DNA of 64,000 nt from a virus (taxonomy: Duplodnaviria; Caudoviricetes), in the IMG/VR virus record IMGVR_UViG_2619619233_000003, positions 1 through 64,000 of that record, one strand, 5' to 3'. Shown piece after piece: positions 27,744 to 36,978 of this stretch. Positions within the stretch are counted from its first letter, which is position 1. Each line of letters opens with the position of its first letter. The notes beneath the pieces are model-generated. The model saw only the letters and a list, made by a program, of their open reading frames with translations. It was not told the DNA's origin and did no database searches. The position numbers and the translations under genes were made by a program.

Positions 27744-28493
27744 TCACGCCTCGCTCTTCGAGACGGGCGCACCGGAAGCGGTAAGCCAGACCGCGCCGCC
27801 GATCGGAGCTTCGCCAGTCTTGGGCCAGCGCTTGCCAACAAGGCGGCTTTTTTCGATGCGGGTAATATTAACGGCGTTGTTCTGGTTCGCACCCAGCACA
27901 TGATAGTGCGTCCGGTCCTCACCCACATAAATACCCACATGCCCGCCGCCTTTGCGCTCGAATACAAGGATCGTCCCGACTGCGATGTCGGTCATCTCGA
28001 CGCCGAATTTCCGCCAGTTGAGGGCGCCGAGCGGGTTTGCGGGCATTGGTTCGGTGGGAAGCGTGACGGCGATGACTTGGCCAATGAACAAACCGCACCA
28101 CGGGATGTCATCGTCGGTGTAGTAGCTGGCAATCCAGCCGCCGAACCGCCTTGCCCAGGACATGATGACCGGATTTGATTTCGGGCCGGGTATTTCCTTC
28201 ACGCCGATGTAACGGCGGGCGTCCCGCATCCAGATCGGCTCACGCGGCTTGGGTGGAACCTTGGAGATTACATGACTGGCTTCAGCGTCACTCGTGCGCA
28301 GAGGGCGAACCAGGCGCAGACGCGCCACGGTGTCTTCATCGGCCTTGCCCGTGATCTTCAGGCCTTCGGCCGCCTGATAGCGCTTCAGCGCTTCGAAGTA
28401 TTCGCGCCCTTCGGCACCATCATAAACGCCGCCGTAAGCGCCGGCGGCTCGCAATCGCGAAATCGCCCATTCACCAAATGTTTGAGTGGTCAT
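27744..28493 (-). CDS. Endolysin: peptidoglycan-binding domain plus CHAP/NlpC-like (TIGR02594-type) domain
   Basis: ALKRYQAAEGLKITG; PWCGLF...GGHVG...VLGANQ motifs. Confidence 0.85.
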   Translation of the reverse strand: MTTQTFGEWAISRLRAAGAYGGVYDGAEGREYFEALKRYQAAEGLKITGKADEDTVARLRLVRPLRTSDAEASHVISKVPPKPREPIWMRDARRYIGVKEIPGPKSNPVIMSWARRFGGWIASYYTDDDIPWCGLFIGQVIAVTLPTEPMPANPLGALNWRKFGVEMTDIAVGTILVFERKGGGHVGIYVGEDRTHYHVLGANQNNAVNITRIEKSRLVGKRWPKTGEAPIGGAVWLTASGAPVSKSEA

Positions 28494-28564
28494 TAGAGCC
28501 CCTTCAAGAGGGGCTTGAGTTGCCCCCGTCGAGAGGACTATTGGCGGTTTTGGTGGGGGTAATC

Positions 28565-28586
28565 AGTGGGCCATTTTCGGCCCACT
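28565..28586 (-). promoter_or_regulatory. Putative Mor/C-type activator site of the lysis promoter
   Basis: Perfect dyad AGTGGGCC-ATTTTC-GGCCCACT between mor and the endolysin gene. Confidence 0.62.
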
Positions 28587-28598
28587 CGGAACCAAATC

Positions 28599-28988
28599 CT
28601 AGAAAAGTGAGCCCTGGCGATCGTCGCGGGGTCTCTTTTTCAGGTGCTCTTTAACGGTAGAGCGAGAAACCCCCGTTGCACGGACGATTTCGTTAATCGA
28701 ATAACCTTTATCGATCATTTGGGCAATGGTCATAGCGCGGCGTCGCTTATCGCCACCGAGCGCAGGGGGGATGTCAATCTTCTGACTTCCAAATTTTTCC
28801 GCCATCGCCTTTGCGGCGTCATGTCCAATGAGTTCAGCAAGCCAGTGATTAGCGGGCATTGAATTGGGGATTGAAATTCTCTGGCCGGCCTTCTCGCGCC
28901 CAAGGATGATCGCCGCCCGCTCGCCGGCAACATCGGCGATACGGTTTAAGAGCGGGGTCATGTAGGCGCGATCAGGAAGGTCGGACAT
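28599..28988 (-). CDS. mor: Mor/C-family transcription activator
   Basis: ELIGHDAA..MAEKFGSQKIDIP plus C-terminal HTH; immediately precedes the lysis genes. Confidence 0.75.
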   Translation of the reverse strand: MSDLPDRAYMTPLLNRIADVAGERAAIILGREKAGQRISIPNSMPANHWLAELIGHDAAKAMAEKFGSQKIDIPPALGGDKRRRAMTIAQMIDKGYSINEIVRATGVSRSTVKEHLKKRPRDDRQGSLF

Positions 28989-29233
28989 CAGTTGCGGCCC
29001 TCTATCTCCGCCACGATCAAGCCGTCGAGGCGCACGTTTCGGCGCAGCGCACGGAGACGCTGCTTGGCGTCCCGCTTCGACCAGGCCCAAAGGGAAAACG
29101 ACCAATGCTTGTCGCCGTGGCGATAGCTGAAGGAATACAGCTGCATTGTGCGGCCGTCTCGATCGACGAGCGACGGAGCGGCGATGTCGCGCAGCGCCGC
29201 GTCGGATACGAGGGGAATGGCGTCTGGCGTCAT
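28988..29233 (-). CDS. Hypothetical protein
   Basis: Translationally coupled at both ends. Confidence 0.6.
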   Translation of the reverse strand: MTPDAIPLVSDAALRDIAAPSLVDRDGRTMQLYSFSYRHGDKHWSFSLWAWSKRDAKQRLRALRRNVRLDGLIVAEIEGRN

Positions 29234-29883
29234 CGTGCCGGCCCCGTTTTCTGACGTCGGATCATAGTGCCGAGGTAATTCATGACGTTGATCCATTCCG
29301 CGTCCGTCAGGTTTCGATACGTCACATCCTCGTTCACAATGTCGGTAACGACCGGCCAAAACTGGTTCGAGCCTTGGGGCGTCAGCATCGCCCACTGTGC
29401 GCGGGCGATCTTGTAACCATGGCTCTGCTCGTAAGGCTCGCATGGCTTGCGGTCCGCCCACACGACGCCGGCGCGGCCGAGCATATCCTTAAGCGCTTCT
29501 ATCACGCTCGCGCCGTCAGCCGCCTTGTGGACGAAACGCATGTCGGAAATGTTCGGCAGTTGCCGCCCCATGGCGAACGCTTCAAGCGCGCTATCACGGC
29601 GATCGTCGATGACGCCAAGGTTGTAGCAGGCAATCCAGAGCGCCCGCATCTTCGGCAGGTACTTGCCGGAGAGCTTGTGCTTGCCGTCGCGGCCGTCCAG
29701 CCGAACCGGCGCTAATCTCGGCGTGTTGCCGCGCAGGCTCACGAGGACCTTCTGCCGTTCAGCCTCGGTCATCTCCGTGGTGGATGTCTTGCCGGTCAGG
29801 ATATGCAGCTTGGCGCGATAGGTGTCATCGTCCAGGCCGAGTTTCTTCTGTTCGATCTTGATGGCAGCAATGGTCTTGCTCAT
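29230..29883 (-). CDS. gemA: GemA (Mu gp16, DUF1018) protein
   Basis: LGLDDDTYR..L..LTGKTS, KMRALW and IEALK motifs. Confidence 0.9.
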   Translation of the reverse strand: MSKTIAAIKIEQKKLGLDDDTYRAKLHILTGKTSTTEMTEAERQKVLVSLRGNTPRLAPVRLDGRDGKHKLSGKYLPKMRALWIACYNLGVIDDRRDSALEAFAMGRQLPNISDMRFVHKAADGASVIEALKDMLGRAGVVWADRKPCEPYEQSHGYKIARAQWAMLTPQGSNQFWPVVTDIVNEDVTYRNLTDAEWINVMNYLGTMIRRQKTGPAR

Positions 29884-30074
29884 CGCGACAGCCTCCCTGC
29901 GGCGTGGGCCGCGATGTCGGTAAGGCAGAACTCGGAGGAGCGGCTTTCGTCGCCTTCCTCGGTCACGACCAGGACGAACATCTTGCCGCCCTTCGCGTGA
30001 ACGAAATGGCCGTCCTTCAGAAATGCGTCGATCAGCGCCGTCAGCAGCTGGTCGGGTTCAAATGTCCTCGGCAT
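29880..30074 (-). CDS. Hypothetical protein
   Basis: Coupled ORF in the early operon. Confidence 0.6.
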   Translation of the reverse strand: MPRTFEPDQLLTALIDAFLKDGHFVHAKGGKMFVLVVTEEGDESRSSEFCLTDIAAHAAGRLSR

Positions 30075-30321
30075 CGTAGGCCCCGCTCATTTCGGTTGTG
30101 GTGAAAGTGGCTTTGAAGACCGGGATGAAGAAGCGCACGTAGACGAACTGGACGGACCAGCCTCGGCGTTGCGCTTTTTCCCAAGTCTCCGGTTTGCGGT
30201 ACTTGGACGCGACCGCCTTTTCAGCGGTCGCGCTCCACGTGTTCGGCTGAAGCTTTCCGGACGGAGAGCAGAGCACGTAGCCCTTTGTGAAGGCCGCAGG
30301 AATTTGCCGCTTACTCGTCAT
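30058..30321 (-). CDS. Hypothetical protein
   Basis: Overlapping-operon ORF, ATG at 30321. Confidence 0.6.
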   Translation of the reverse strand: MTSKRQIPAAFTKGYVLCSPSGKLQPNTWSATAEKAVASKYRKPETWEKAQRRGWSVQFVYVRFFIPVFKATFTTTEMSGAYDAEDI

Positions 30322-30514
30322 AGGCGACAAACTCCAGTTCGCGGGGATGGCAATTGCTATAATGCTTGTCGCCGTGGAAATGCACTTTGACGTAGTGCTG
30401 ATGCTCGCGGCCTTCCGGCTTGATCTTGCCGTATCTGGCCGTCACCGTGTGCCGGACGAGCCGGTTCACGGTGATTTCAATGCCGTAGTAGTTGCGGATG
30501 TAATCGTAGCTCAT
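30311..30514 (-). CDS. Hypothetical protein
   Basis: MSYDYIRNYYG...CHP, a small phage-type protein. Confidence 0.65.
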   Translation of the reverse strand: MSYDYIRNYYGIEITVNRLVRHTVTARYGKIKPEGREHQHYVKVHFHGDKHYSNCHPRELEFVAYDE

Positions 30515-30792
30515 AGCAACTTGCGGCCTTTCGTCCTGCGGTGCGGACCCTTCGCCAGCCGGTTTCGCAACATCTGCTCAAACGCCTTCACGGCATTGAT
30601 CGCCTGCAGGTCGTTGTCCGCTTCAGGCAGGCCGGGAACCAGCAGCGTCTCTCCGTCATAGGCGTGGCGGGCGCAAACGCTGAGAATGCGCTTCAGTCGC
30701 CGGCCATGCCCTGTGACGATCTTCATGGTGCCTTTCGGCACACGGCGGCTGACAAATGTTTCACCGGATCGGAAGCAAACGATGTGGGCCAT
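30511..30792 (-). CDS. Hypothetical Mu-like early protein
   Basis: ARHAYDGETLLVPGLPEA motif; coupled ORF. Confidence 0.65.
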   Translation of the reverse strand: MAHIVCFRSGETFVSRRVPKGTMKIVTGHGRRLKRILSVCARHAYDGETLLVPGLPEADNDLQAINAVKAFEQMLRNRLAKGPHRRTKGRKLL

Positions 30793-31163
30793 CAGTTCAC
30801 CCCGTCATCCATGACGGCATCGGCAAGGCCATCTTCGGCGATCTTCTCGACAAGATCGGTAATGAGGGCCTCAACTGTCATGCTGCGTTTGGCCGCAAAG
30901 GGCCGAAGCATCTGCCGGAGCTCGAAGTTCAACCCGATACGGGCAACGTTCTGCTCACCGACGCGGTAGCCCGCCTCTCTGGCAGTCGGTGATGAGTCGG
31001 GCTTGGGTGTCATTGGCACCAGTGCGGTGATCTTGTTGACGGGTATTCCGGTCTGATCCGAAATCTGCCGGTTCGTCAGGCCGCTGGAGCGAAGCCCCCG
31101 GATTGCGGCCGAACGGGACGGATAGCCCATGCAGGGTTTGGAGGCGCCACCGTTAGCGGTCAT
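30792..31163 (-). CDS. Putative DNA-binding protein (HTH)
   Basis: GLTNRQISDQTGI HTH-like segment. Confidence 0.6.
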   Translation of the reverse strand: MTANGGASKPCMGYPSRSAAIRGLRSSGLTNRQISDQTGIPVNKITALVPMTPKPDSSPTAREAGYRVGEQNVARIGLNFELRQMLRPFAAKRSMTVEALITDLVEKIAEDGLADAVMDDGVN

Positions 31164-32014
31164 GCTTTCTGTCCTTCCAAAATGCGCGTTCTGGAAAAGT
31201 GAAACGTGCTTTTAATCCGGCGGAAAAAGTGCGACCTGTTCGCGAGGGGTATAGGTTGAAGGGGGAAGAAGTGTCCGAAGACCACAAGGAGCGTCTTGTT
31301 GTTTTGTTTCTGCTTGTCGTATGCGTCACAATACTGCCGCCGCTCTTCTTTGGCGAAGCGCGAAGCGTGAAAGACCAGGTCGGCGGCGACAGCTGGCGGA
31401 ACTTTATTTTCGATTTCCAAACACTCATCGGCGGCGGCGCGGCTATGATCGCGGCGTGGTACACGGTTCGGCAAATGCGGATCAGCGATATGAAGAGCTA
31501 TGATCGGCACCGAGAACTGGTTGAGTTGCAACTCCGCCCTGACACGCTTCGTGTCGAGCGTATGCTGAAGCCGGGTTTGGCTGACCTCGAAGCCTGCTAC
31601 GAAGAGATCAGAGGCGTCAGGTTCAATACGCTTAGTAAACTGCTCAAGGATGAGCCTGCCGTAGTTGCGCAGGTGATGGAGCAGTTGCGATTGGAATGCG
31701 CCCAAGCTGTCCGCATCATGAAGCGGCCGCAATTCGAAGCTGCTTCGGATTTGTTTGATGGTGATCTCGCGTACCAGTTCGGTAACACTATGACTATTTT
31801 GAATGACCTTGCCAATGCGAGCCGCCGTTGCGGCAAGTTCGCGGGGAAAGCGTTTCAGGCCATAGCCGGGGGGGATGAGGCGGAGATCGAGCGAACGGGT
31901 AAAATTCTCGCCAATTCTTTTGGCAGAGTTTTTGTCACTTGGGAGGCAATCTTGGTTCCATTTGCTGATATGAATGTCTGCTTGACCCAGATGAAGCGTA
32001 GATATCGTATTCAT
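31160..32014 (-). CDS. Antisense-overlapping ORF coupled into the early operon
   Basis: RBS AAGGGA plus ATG; its stop overlaps the next start (ATGA at 31160-31163). No recognisable fold. Confidence 0.35.
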   Translation of the reverse strand: MNTISTLHLGQADIHISKWNQDCLPSDKNSAKRIGENFTRSLDLRLIPPGYGLKRFPRELAATAARIGKVIQNSHSVTELVREITIKQIRSSFELRPLHDADSLGAFQSQLLHHLRNYGRLILEQFTKRIEPDASDLFVAGFEVSQTRLQHTLDTKRVRAELQLNQFSVPIIALHIADPHLPNRVPRRDHSRAAADECLEIENKVPPAVAADLVFHASRFAKEERRQYCDAYDKQKQNNKTLLVVFGHFFPLQPIPLANRSHFFRRIKSTFHFSRTRILEGQKA

Positions 32015-32017
32015 TGA
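31271..32017 (+). CDS. Moron membrane protein, antisense to the early operon
   Basis: RBS GGGGAAG then GTG at 31271 (frame open from 31199); two TM helices followed by a helical domain. Confidence 0.65.
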   Translation: MSEDHKERLVVLFLLVVCVTILPPLFFGEARSVKDQVGGDSWRNFIFDFQTLIGGGAAMIAAWYTVRQMRISDMKSYDRHRELVELQLRPDTLRVERMLKPGLADLEACYEEIRGVRFNTLSKLLKDEPAVVAQVMEQLRLECAQAVRIMKRPQFEAASDLFDGDLAYQFGNTMTILNDLANASRRCGKFAGKAFQAIAGGDEAEIERTGKILANSFGRVFVTWEAILVPFADMNVCLTQMKRRYRIH

Positions 32018-32026
32018 GCGATCCCT

Positions 32027-32686
32027 TCAAGCATCAGCAATATTGAGCGAAATGCGGACCCACTCCGCATCGTGCGATTCCCGGAAGCTAAAATGCAGAT
32101 ACTCTTTCGAGCCGATCACCCGCACGGCCGCGTTGATCGCCTCCATTGCCTGCATCCAGCGAGGATCATCGCTTTCGATCTTGAACAGTTCGAAGACGGC
32201 GTCCTTGCTGATCTTGCCCGCCTGATCGACATTAAAGGCACGCGTGACCAGGCCACGGATTTCGGCGCGGCCGTCTTCCGTCCACTCATTCAGGCATTCG
32301 TCGATCAGCCCCTTCGCGACCTGCAGCTGCGGTCCGAACTCGATGAGCTTGTTCACACGGGTCTCGACGGACATCAGGCCGTCGATCGTTCGGTATTTCT
32401 GGTTCCCGGCTCCGGCGCGACCGCGCTTGACGAGGCCGTATTTGGCCTCAAGGTTACGATCGAACTCGGCGATATCGGCGCGGGTGTGCGCCTTGAAGCG
32501 GGCCAGTTCGGCAGAAAGCGGCTTGGCGAAACCGATGATCTTGCGGACCATCTGATCCTCAAGGAAGTCTTCTGCCTTCACCAGGGCGAGTGGCGTCAGG
32601 CCGCCGTCTGCGTTGGTGACGTATTCCTTGCCGTTGACAATGGTGATGCCAGCAGTCGCTTTTTCTTCGAGAATTACAGCTTCCAT
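32027..32686 (-). CDS. DUF3164 family protein
   Basis: FGPQLQVAKGLIDECL..W, AFNVD.AG and W..AMEAI motifs. Confidence 0.85.
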   Translation of the reverse strand: MEAVILEEKATAGITIVNGKEYVTNADGGLTPLALVKAEDFLEDQMVRKIIGFAKPLSAELARFKAHTRADIAEFDRNLEAKYGLVKRGRAGAGNQKYRTIDGLMSVETRVNKLIEFGPQLQVAKGLIDECLNEWTEDGRAEIRGLVTRAFNVDQAGKISKDAVFELFKIESDDPRWMQAMEAINAAVRVIGSKEYLHFSFRESHDAEWVRISLNIADA

Positions 32687-32720
32687 GGGTTTGAACCTCA
32701 TAAATTAATGTGAAGGGGGA

Positions 32721-33083
32721 TCAGGCCGCGTCGCCCCCGGGCGGTGCGGAAGGGGCAGAGGAATTGGAGGGCTTGGGACGGAACTGTACGACATTGCCGC
32801 CGTCCTCGGTGTCTGGCCGCATTAAGCCGAGAACCTCGGCCGTGACCTTGTTCATGTTGGTCAGCAGCGACAGGCGGTCTTGTGAAGCGCGCCGGTTCCA
32901 CTCGGCCTGCGACCAGGCGTTTTCGAGCTTGCGGGCAAGATCGGCGATGCGGCCGATATGAACGATGACCTTTGTCGAGGTCACGCGGTCCAGGTTGATG
33001 GTGCCACGCTCGTTGACGACGCCGTTCAAATCACGCGCCAACTGAAGCAGATAATCGGAAACGCAGTCAGGCTTCGCCGTCAT
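32721..33083 (-). CDS. Hypothetical protein
   Basis: RBS GGAGG then ATG at 33083. Confidence 0.6.
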   Translation of the reverse strand: MTAKPDCVSDYLLQLARDLNGVVNERGTINLDRVTSTKVIVHIGRIADLARKLENAWSQAEWNRRASQDRLSLLTNMNKVTAEVLGLMRPDTEDGGNVVQFRPKPSNSSAPSAPPGGDAA

Positions 33084-33393
33084 TCTTCTTTCCTCCAAAG
33101 TTCGGGCGGATGATGTTGCTCTCTGCTTTTTCAAGCAGGCTGGTGAGTTCACCGGTCGCAAGCTGCTCGGCAGTCTTTGCGAGCAGCTTTCCCGCCTCGC
33201 TGTCGCGCAGAATAGAAAGCTCAAGCTCAAGGTGGCCGGCCTGCTGGGACAGGGCGCGAAGGGTTTTCAGCACGGTCTGGGCGGAACGCGCGTCCAGTTC
33301 CAGTTTCTCATCCGGCTTCATCTTTTTGGCTTCCGCGAAGATGCCGGCGAGATATTCCAGATGAGTTTTCAGGGAGGGAGCCGCCGATGTCAT
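33067..33393 (-). CDS. Hypothetical protein
   Basis: ATGA-coupled to the MuB stop. Confidence 0.6.
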   Translation of the reverse strand: MTSAAPSLKTHLEYLAGIFAEAKKMKPDEKLELDARSAQTVLKTLRALSQQAGHLELELSILRDSEAGKLLAKTAEQLATGELTSLLEKAESNIIRPNFGGKKNDGEA

Positions 33394-34421
33394 AGGCTGT
33401 CCCCCATGTCGCGGTTCTTCCAGGCGGCCTGAAGGTGCTCCAGACGCACACCTTCCTCGCCGTCGCCGATGGCAAGCATCGATGCGGCCTTCATGGTGCG
33501 GTCGATCTGTCGGAGAGCACCCGGCTTGCTGGCGATACCCTTCAGGAAGGTGGCGCAATCCGTGCCTTCGTCGATGCCCCAAGCCTTGATCAGGATTTCC
33601 GCATCGGCGACCGGATTGCGCGCCGTGCGAACTTGGCGATCGAAGCGGGAGAGCACCTGGGCGCGGCTGGCGACAGAACGGCCGAGGTCTTTCACGAACG
33701 CCGTCGCGGTATCCTCGTTCCCGAGCAAGGCAACACCGCAATGGTCGTTGTCGACGAAATGGCGAAGCTGGTTGATCGCATCCGGAACCGCGTTCTGCGC
33801 CTCATCAATGATGAGCAGCGAGCCTTCGCCGACGCGCTTCAGCTTTGCGCCGAGGGCGCGGACGAACTTTGCGGGATTGTGCTCATGCACTTCGAGCGCC
33901 CCGCACAACTCGACGAGCATGCCGTGCACCGTCTTGGTGCTCGGGCTGAGCGTCGCCATGAACACGTGAGGGCGCGTTGCTGCAAAGTGCTTTGCCGCGG
34001 TTGTCTTGCCGGAGCCTGCGGGCAAGGTGACGCGGACGAAACCGGACGTTACCTGGGCAAACAGAAGTGCGTTGTAAACGTCCTGGCCGACCGTTGTGCG
34101 CTGGAAAGGCGGCGACACTGGCATGATGGCAGCCATATTCTGGCTTGCGTCGATGGCATCGAGCCAGTTGGCCATCTGCTGATTAACGTTCGCCAAAATG
34201 CCCAGATATTTTCCGCCAAACCACGGCGAGAACGTGCCTTCGGGCACGCCGGAGCGGCGGGACACTTCTGCTTTCGTCCAGCCGTATGTGACGGCGACAT
34301 CGACAGTGCGCGCTGTCAGGTTTCGCCATTCGGCAACGTCCGATGCCGGATGTTTGGCGGTAAACTCGATTAGCGGTTGCGACTGTTCCCACACGCTATT
34401 TGTGTTGGTCGTCTTTTTCAT
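33390..34421 (-). CDS. MuB-like AAA transposition ATPase
   Basis: N-terminal HTH, AGSGKT, LIIDEAQ, LLGN and GALR motifs; follows the transposase. Confidence 0.92.
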   Translation of the reverse strand: MKKTTNTNSVWEQSQPLIEFTAKHPASDVAEWRNLTARTVDVAVTYGWTKAEVSRRSGVPEGTFSPWFGGKYLGILANVNQQMANWLDAIDASQNMAAIMPVSPPFQRTTVGQDVYNALLFAQVTSGFVRVTLPAGSGKTTAAKHFAATRPHVFMATLSPSTKTVHGMLVELCGALEVHEHNPAKFVRALGAKLKRVGEGSLLIIDEAQNAVPDAINQLRHFVDNDHCGVALLGNEDTATAFVKDLGRSVASRAQVLSRFDRQVRTARNPVADAEILIKAWGIDEGTDCATFLKGIASKPGALRQIDRTMKAASMLAIGDGEEGVRLEHLQAAWKNRDMGDSL

Positions 34422-34501
34422 ATAAAGGTTCCTTCGTTCAATTGTGGGGCGGCCTTCGGGTCGCTCATTTTTTTCGCCCTGTTGGACTGGAACCGTACTC
34501 A

Positions 34502-36517
34502 CTACTTTTCGGCTCTTCTCTTGCGGGCAGGCTTGTTGCCTGCCTCGTTATTCCCCGTGGGGAATTGGATGATTGCGCTTTCCCCGCCCGCCACTCGGGC
34601 GAGGCCACGCGCAAAACTGTCTTCGAAATGATCGACGCTGACCGCCTCGACCGGGGCATGTGCAAGGTTGCCGGTGACAAGGCGCGTGACGACCGGACGA
34701 ACCGGCGTCTGCGGACGCTTCGCAGCCTCGGCCTTGCGGCCCTTTTCCATGATCTCGCCAAGCTGCATCGGTGAGAGCGCCGCATTGCTCTTGGCGACCG
34801 CCTGAAGGTTCTTGACGTGGGTCTTGCGTGCCTTCTCCTGGCGGCGGGCAGCGTCCGTGTCGGCGAAGCCGGTTTTAGCCAGGCAGTCGGCGTCACAAAG
34901 GAAGCGGCCTTCCGGGTCGTAGACCTTGACCGGCTTGTACAGGTCGGCCGGATCGAACCGCACCGTCAGCTTCTTGCCGATCCACTCGTTAAGCACCGCG
35001 TTCCAATAGCGGTTGCCGTGCATGTGGATCGCGCCGTCCGGCTTGCGTGCGGTGATGGCGACGGCCGACAGCATCCAGAGCGAACGCTGGGCCATGCTGG
35101 CATAACGAACGATCGTGGACGGCTCGGCGATCGACGCGTCAAACGTCTGCGCAAAACTGCGGCCGTGGGCGGTTTCCGTTGTGCGGTTCAGCCGGTGATT
35201 ATGCTCGTCAACGCATTGCGCCACATGGCGCTGGAGCGTTTCGAGCCGAACCGCGCTGTTGCCGTAGTTTTCCGGCTTCGCGTCGGGCTTGTTGCCGGTA
35301 TAGCAACCGGACATGGACGGATGCTTTGAGATTTCCTCGGCGAGATCGCGCCATGCGCGTTCGATCGGCTTAGACTGGCCGGAACGCGGCTTCACGAAAT
35401 GCGGCTCGATGTCGAGCGTTTTCAGGAGGCCGGCAACATCGTCCTCATTGACCTTGAAGCGGTGGCGGGTCTTTGCCCCGCCCGATATCATCTTGCCCGC
35501 GAAGGCACGGCCGTTGTCCATGTAGATGTGATAGGGCAACATGCCGTCATGGTTCTCGATCATGGAACCGATGCAGGTGCGGACGGCCTCCCATGTCTCG
35601 GCCTCGGCAAGCGTCCACGAAAGCACCTTGCGCGAATAGACATCCTGAATACCGATCAGGATCACGCGGACCGGTGTTTCCGACCACGGTGCCCGCACAA
35701 ACAAGTCGAGCTGGTGACCGTCGGTGTTGACGATTTCCATGGCATGCAGGTGGGCGACGGTGCGCTTTTGCGCCGGGAATAGCTGCTTTGCCTTGTCCTT
35801 GCCTTCGCGGGCGATGATCTGCGCGGCCTTCGGGACTTCCGCGTCCAGGCGGCGCCGCAAAGAACGCTCGGAAGGGACCGGCGACAGGTTCTGGTCGCGG
35901 GCAACCATCATCATGCGGCGATAGCAGGCGCTAAAGGAAGGGCGCTCGGGCCGCAGGAAATCCGATTTAAGGATTTTCCAAGCCTCGGGGTGGCAGGGCG
36001 CGACTTCGGCGGCTTCGCCGGTGCCGCTGCCCGAGAATGACGGGGCGAGGGCAGCAAGCCAGTCCTGGCGAGAATGGCCTTCTACGCTTTCCATCCAGTT
36101 GTACACGGTGCGCGGCGATACCGATGCTTTACGGGCGCAAAACTCGATCGCCTTTACAGTCTGCAACCCGGCTGCGCGCAGCTCCGCAATCTCGGTCAAC
36201 ACGCCCAAGCGCGTTTTGCAGATCGCTTTATGGGCGTCTGACAGGGCCTCAAAACGGTCCCAAAGCATCTTTGAAAGCTTGGTCGGGCGCGGGTCGCTAG
36301 GCTCCGCATTGAGGAATGCGAGCTTGGCCTGCGCCACCGCAGGAAGGAAGGAATAATGGTACTCAAACCCGCCGCCTTGCCCGGCCTTAGTACGGGCTTT
36401 CGCGGTGGATCGCACGCCGGAGCGAGCGATAAACAACTCTAGTCCTTGGCGGGAGCTCGGAACACCCGGCAATGCCGCCTGGGCCAGTTCTGCGGATGTG
36501 AACCATTCCTTCTTCAT
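34502..36517 (-). CDS. MuA-like DDE transposase
   Basis: Mu DNA-binding N-terminus (GGGFEYH), DGH, DVYSR, DNGRAF, KPIERAW, and C-terminal RFDP.DL. Confidence 0.95.
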   Translation of the reverse strand: MKKEWFTSAELAQAALPGVPSSRQGLELFIARSGVRSTAKARTKAGQGGGFEYHYSFLPAVAQAKLAFLNAEPSDPRPTKLSKMLWDRFEALSDAHKAICKTRLGVLTEIAELRAAGLQTVKAIEFCARKASVSPRTVYNWMESVEGHSRQDWLAALAPSFSGSGTGEAAEVAPCHPEAWKILKSDFLRPERPSFSACYRRMMMVARDQNLSPVPSERSLRRRLDAEVPKAAQIIAREGKDKAKQLFPAQKRTVAHLHAMEIVNTDGHQLDLFVRAPWSETPVRVILIGIQDVYSRKVLSWTLAEAETWEAVRTCIGSMIENHDGMLPYHIYMDNGRAFAGKMISGGAKTRHRFKVNEDDVAGLLKTLDIEPHFVKPRSGQSKPIERAWRDLAEEISKHPSMSGCYTGNKPDAKPENYGNSAVRLETLQRHVAQCVDEHNHRLNRTTETAHGRSFAQTFDASIAEPSTIVRYASMAQRSLWMLSAVAITARKPDGAIHMHGNRYWNAVLNEWIGKKLTVRFDPADLYKPVKVYDPEGRFLCDADCLAKTGFADTDAARRQEKARKTHVKNLQAVAKSNAALSPMQLGEIMEKGRKAEAAKRPQTPVRPVVTRLVTGNLAHAPVEAVSVDHFEDSFARGLARVAGGESAIIQFPTGNNEAGNKPARKRRAEK

Positions 36518-36978
36518 TTGCGCACCCGACGAATGTGCACCGGCGTCGCCTGAAGAACTTTCAGTTCCTGGGCGAGCTTCTTTTGCTCCTGGCGGATGCG
36601 GGACATTTCCGCGAGGCGGGCTTCATCGCCTTCGAGCAGCAACAGGCCGTCATCGGAAACGACGACATCCCAGAGCCAGAAGGCGTTCGTGGCGCGGACA
36701 AACGCCTTGAAGCGCGGCATGCTGATGTCGTGGGCGGTTTTGCTCTCGGCGGTGTAGCTGTCGAGAGCCGACTTCGAGACCTTGTCGAGGCCGAGGTAAT
36801 AGGCCATCCGCGCCGCGATCGTGTCGCGGTCGTATTGGCATTCGCGAATGGCGCGGGCCATTTCGCGTTTCAACGTCGAACGGAAGCGGTCGATATCGAG
36901 ACGTTCCGATGCGGATCGCACCGGGAAAACCGTCTCCTTGAAAAAGTCCATCTGGTTGGGGTCGCGTTTCGTGCTCAT
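36514..36978 (-). CDS. Hypothetical regulatory protein
   Basis: R..IAARM..YLG..VSK..LD.Y pattern; coupled to the transposase start. Confidence 0.7.
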   Translation of the reverse strand: MSTKRDPNQMDFFKETVFPVRSASERLDIDRFRSTLKREMARAIRECQYDRDTIAARMAYYLGLDKVSKSALDSYTAESKTAHDISMPRFKAFVRATNAFWLWDVVVSDDGLLLLEGDEARLAEMSRIRQEQKKLAQELKVLQATPVHIRRVRK

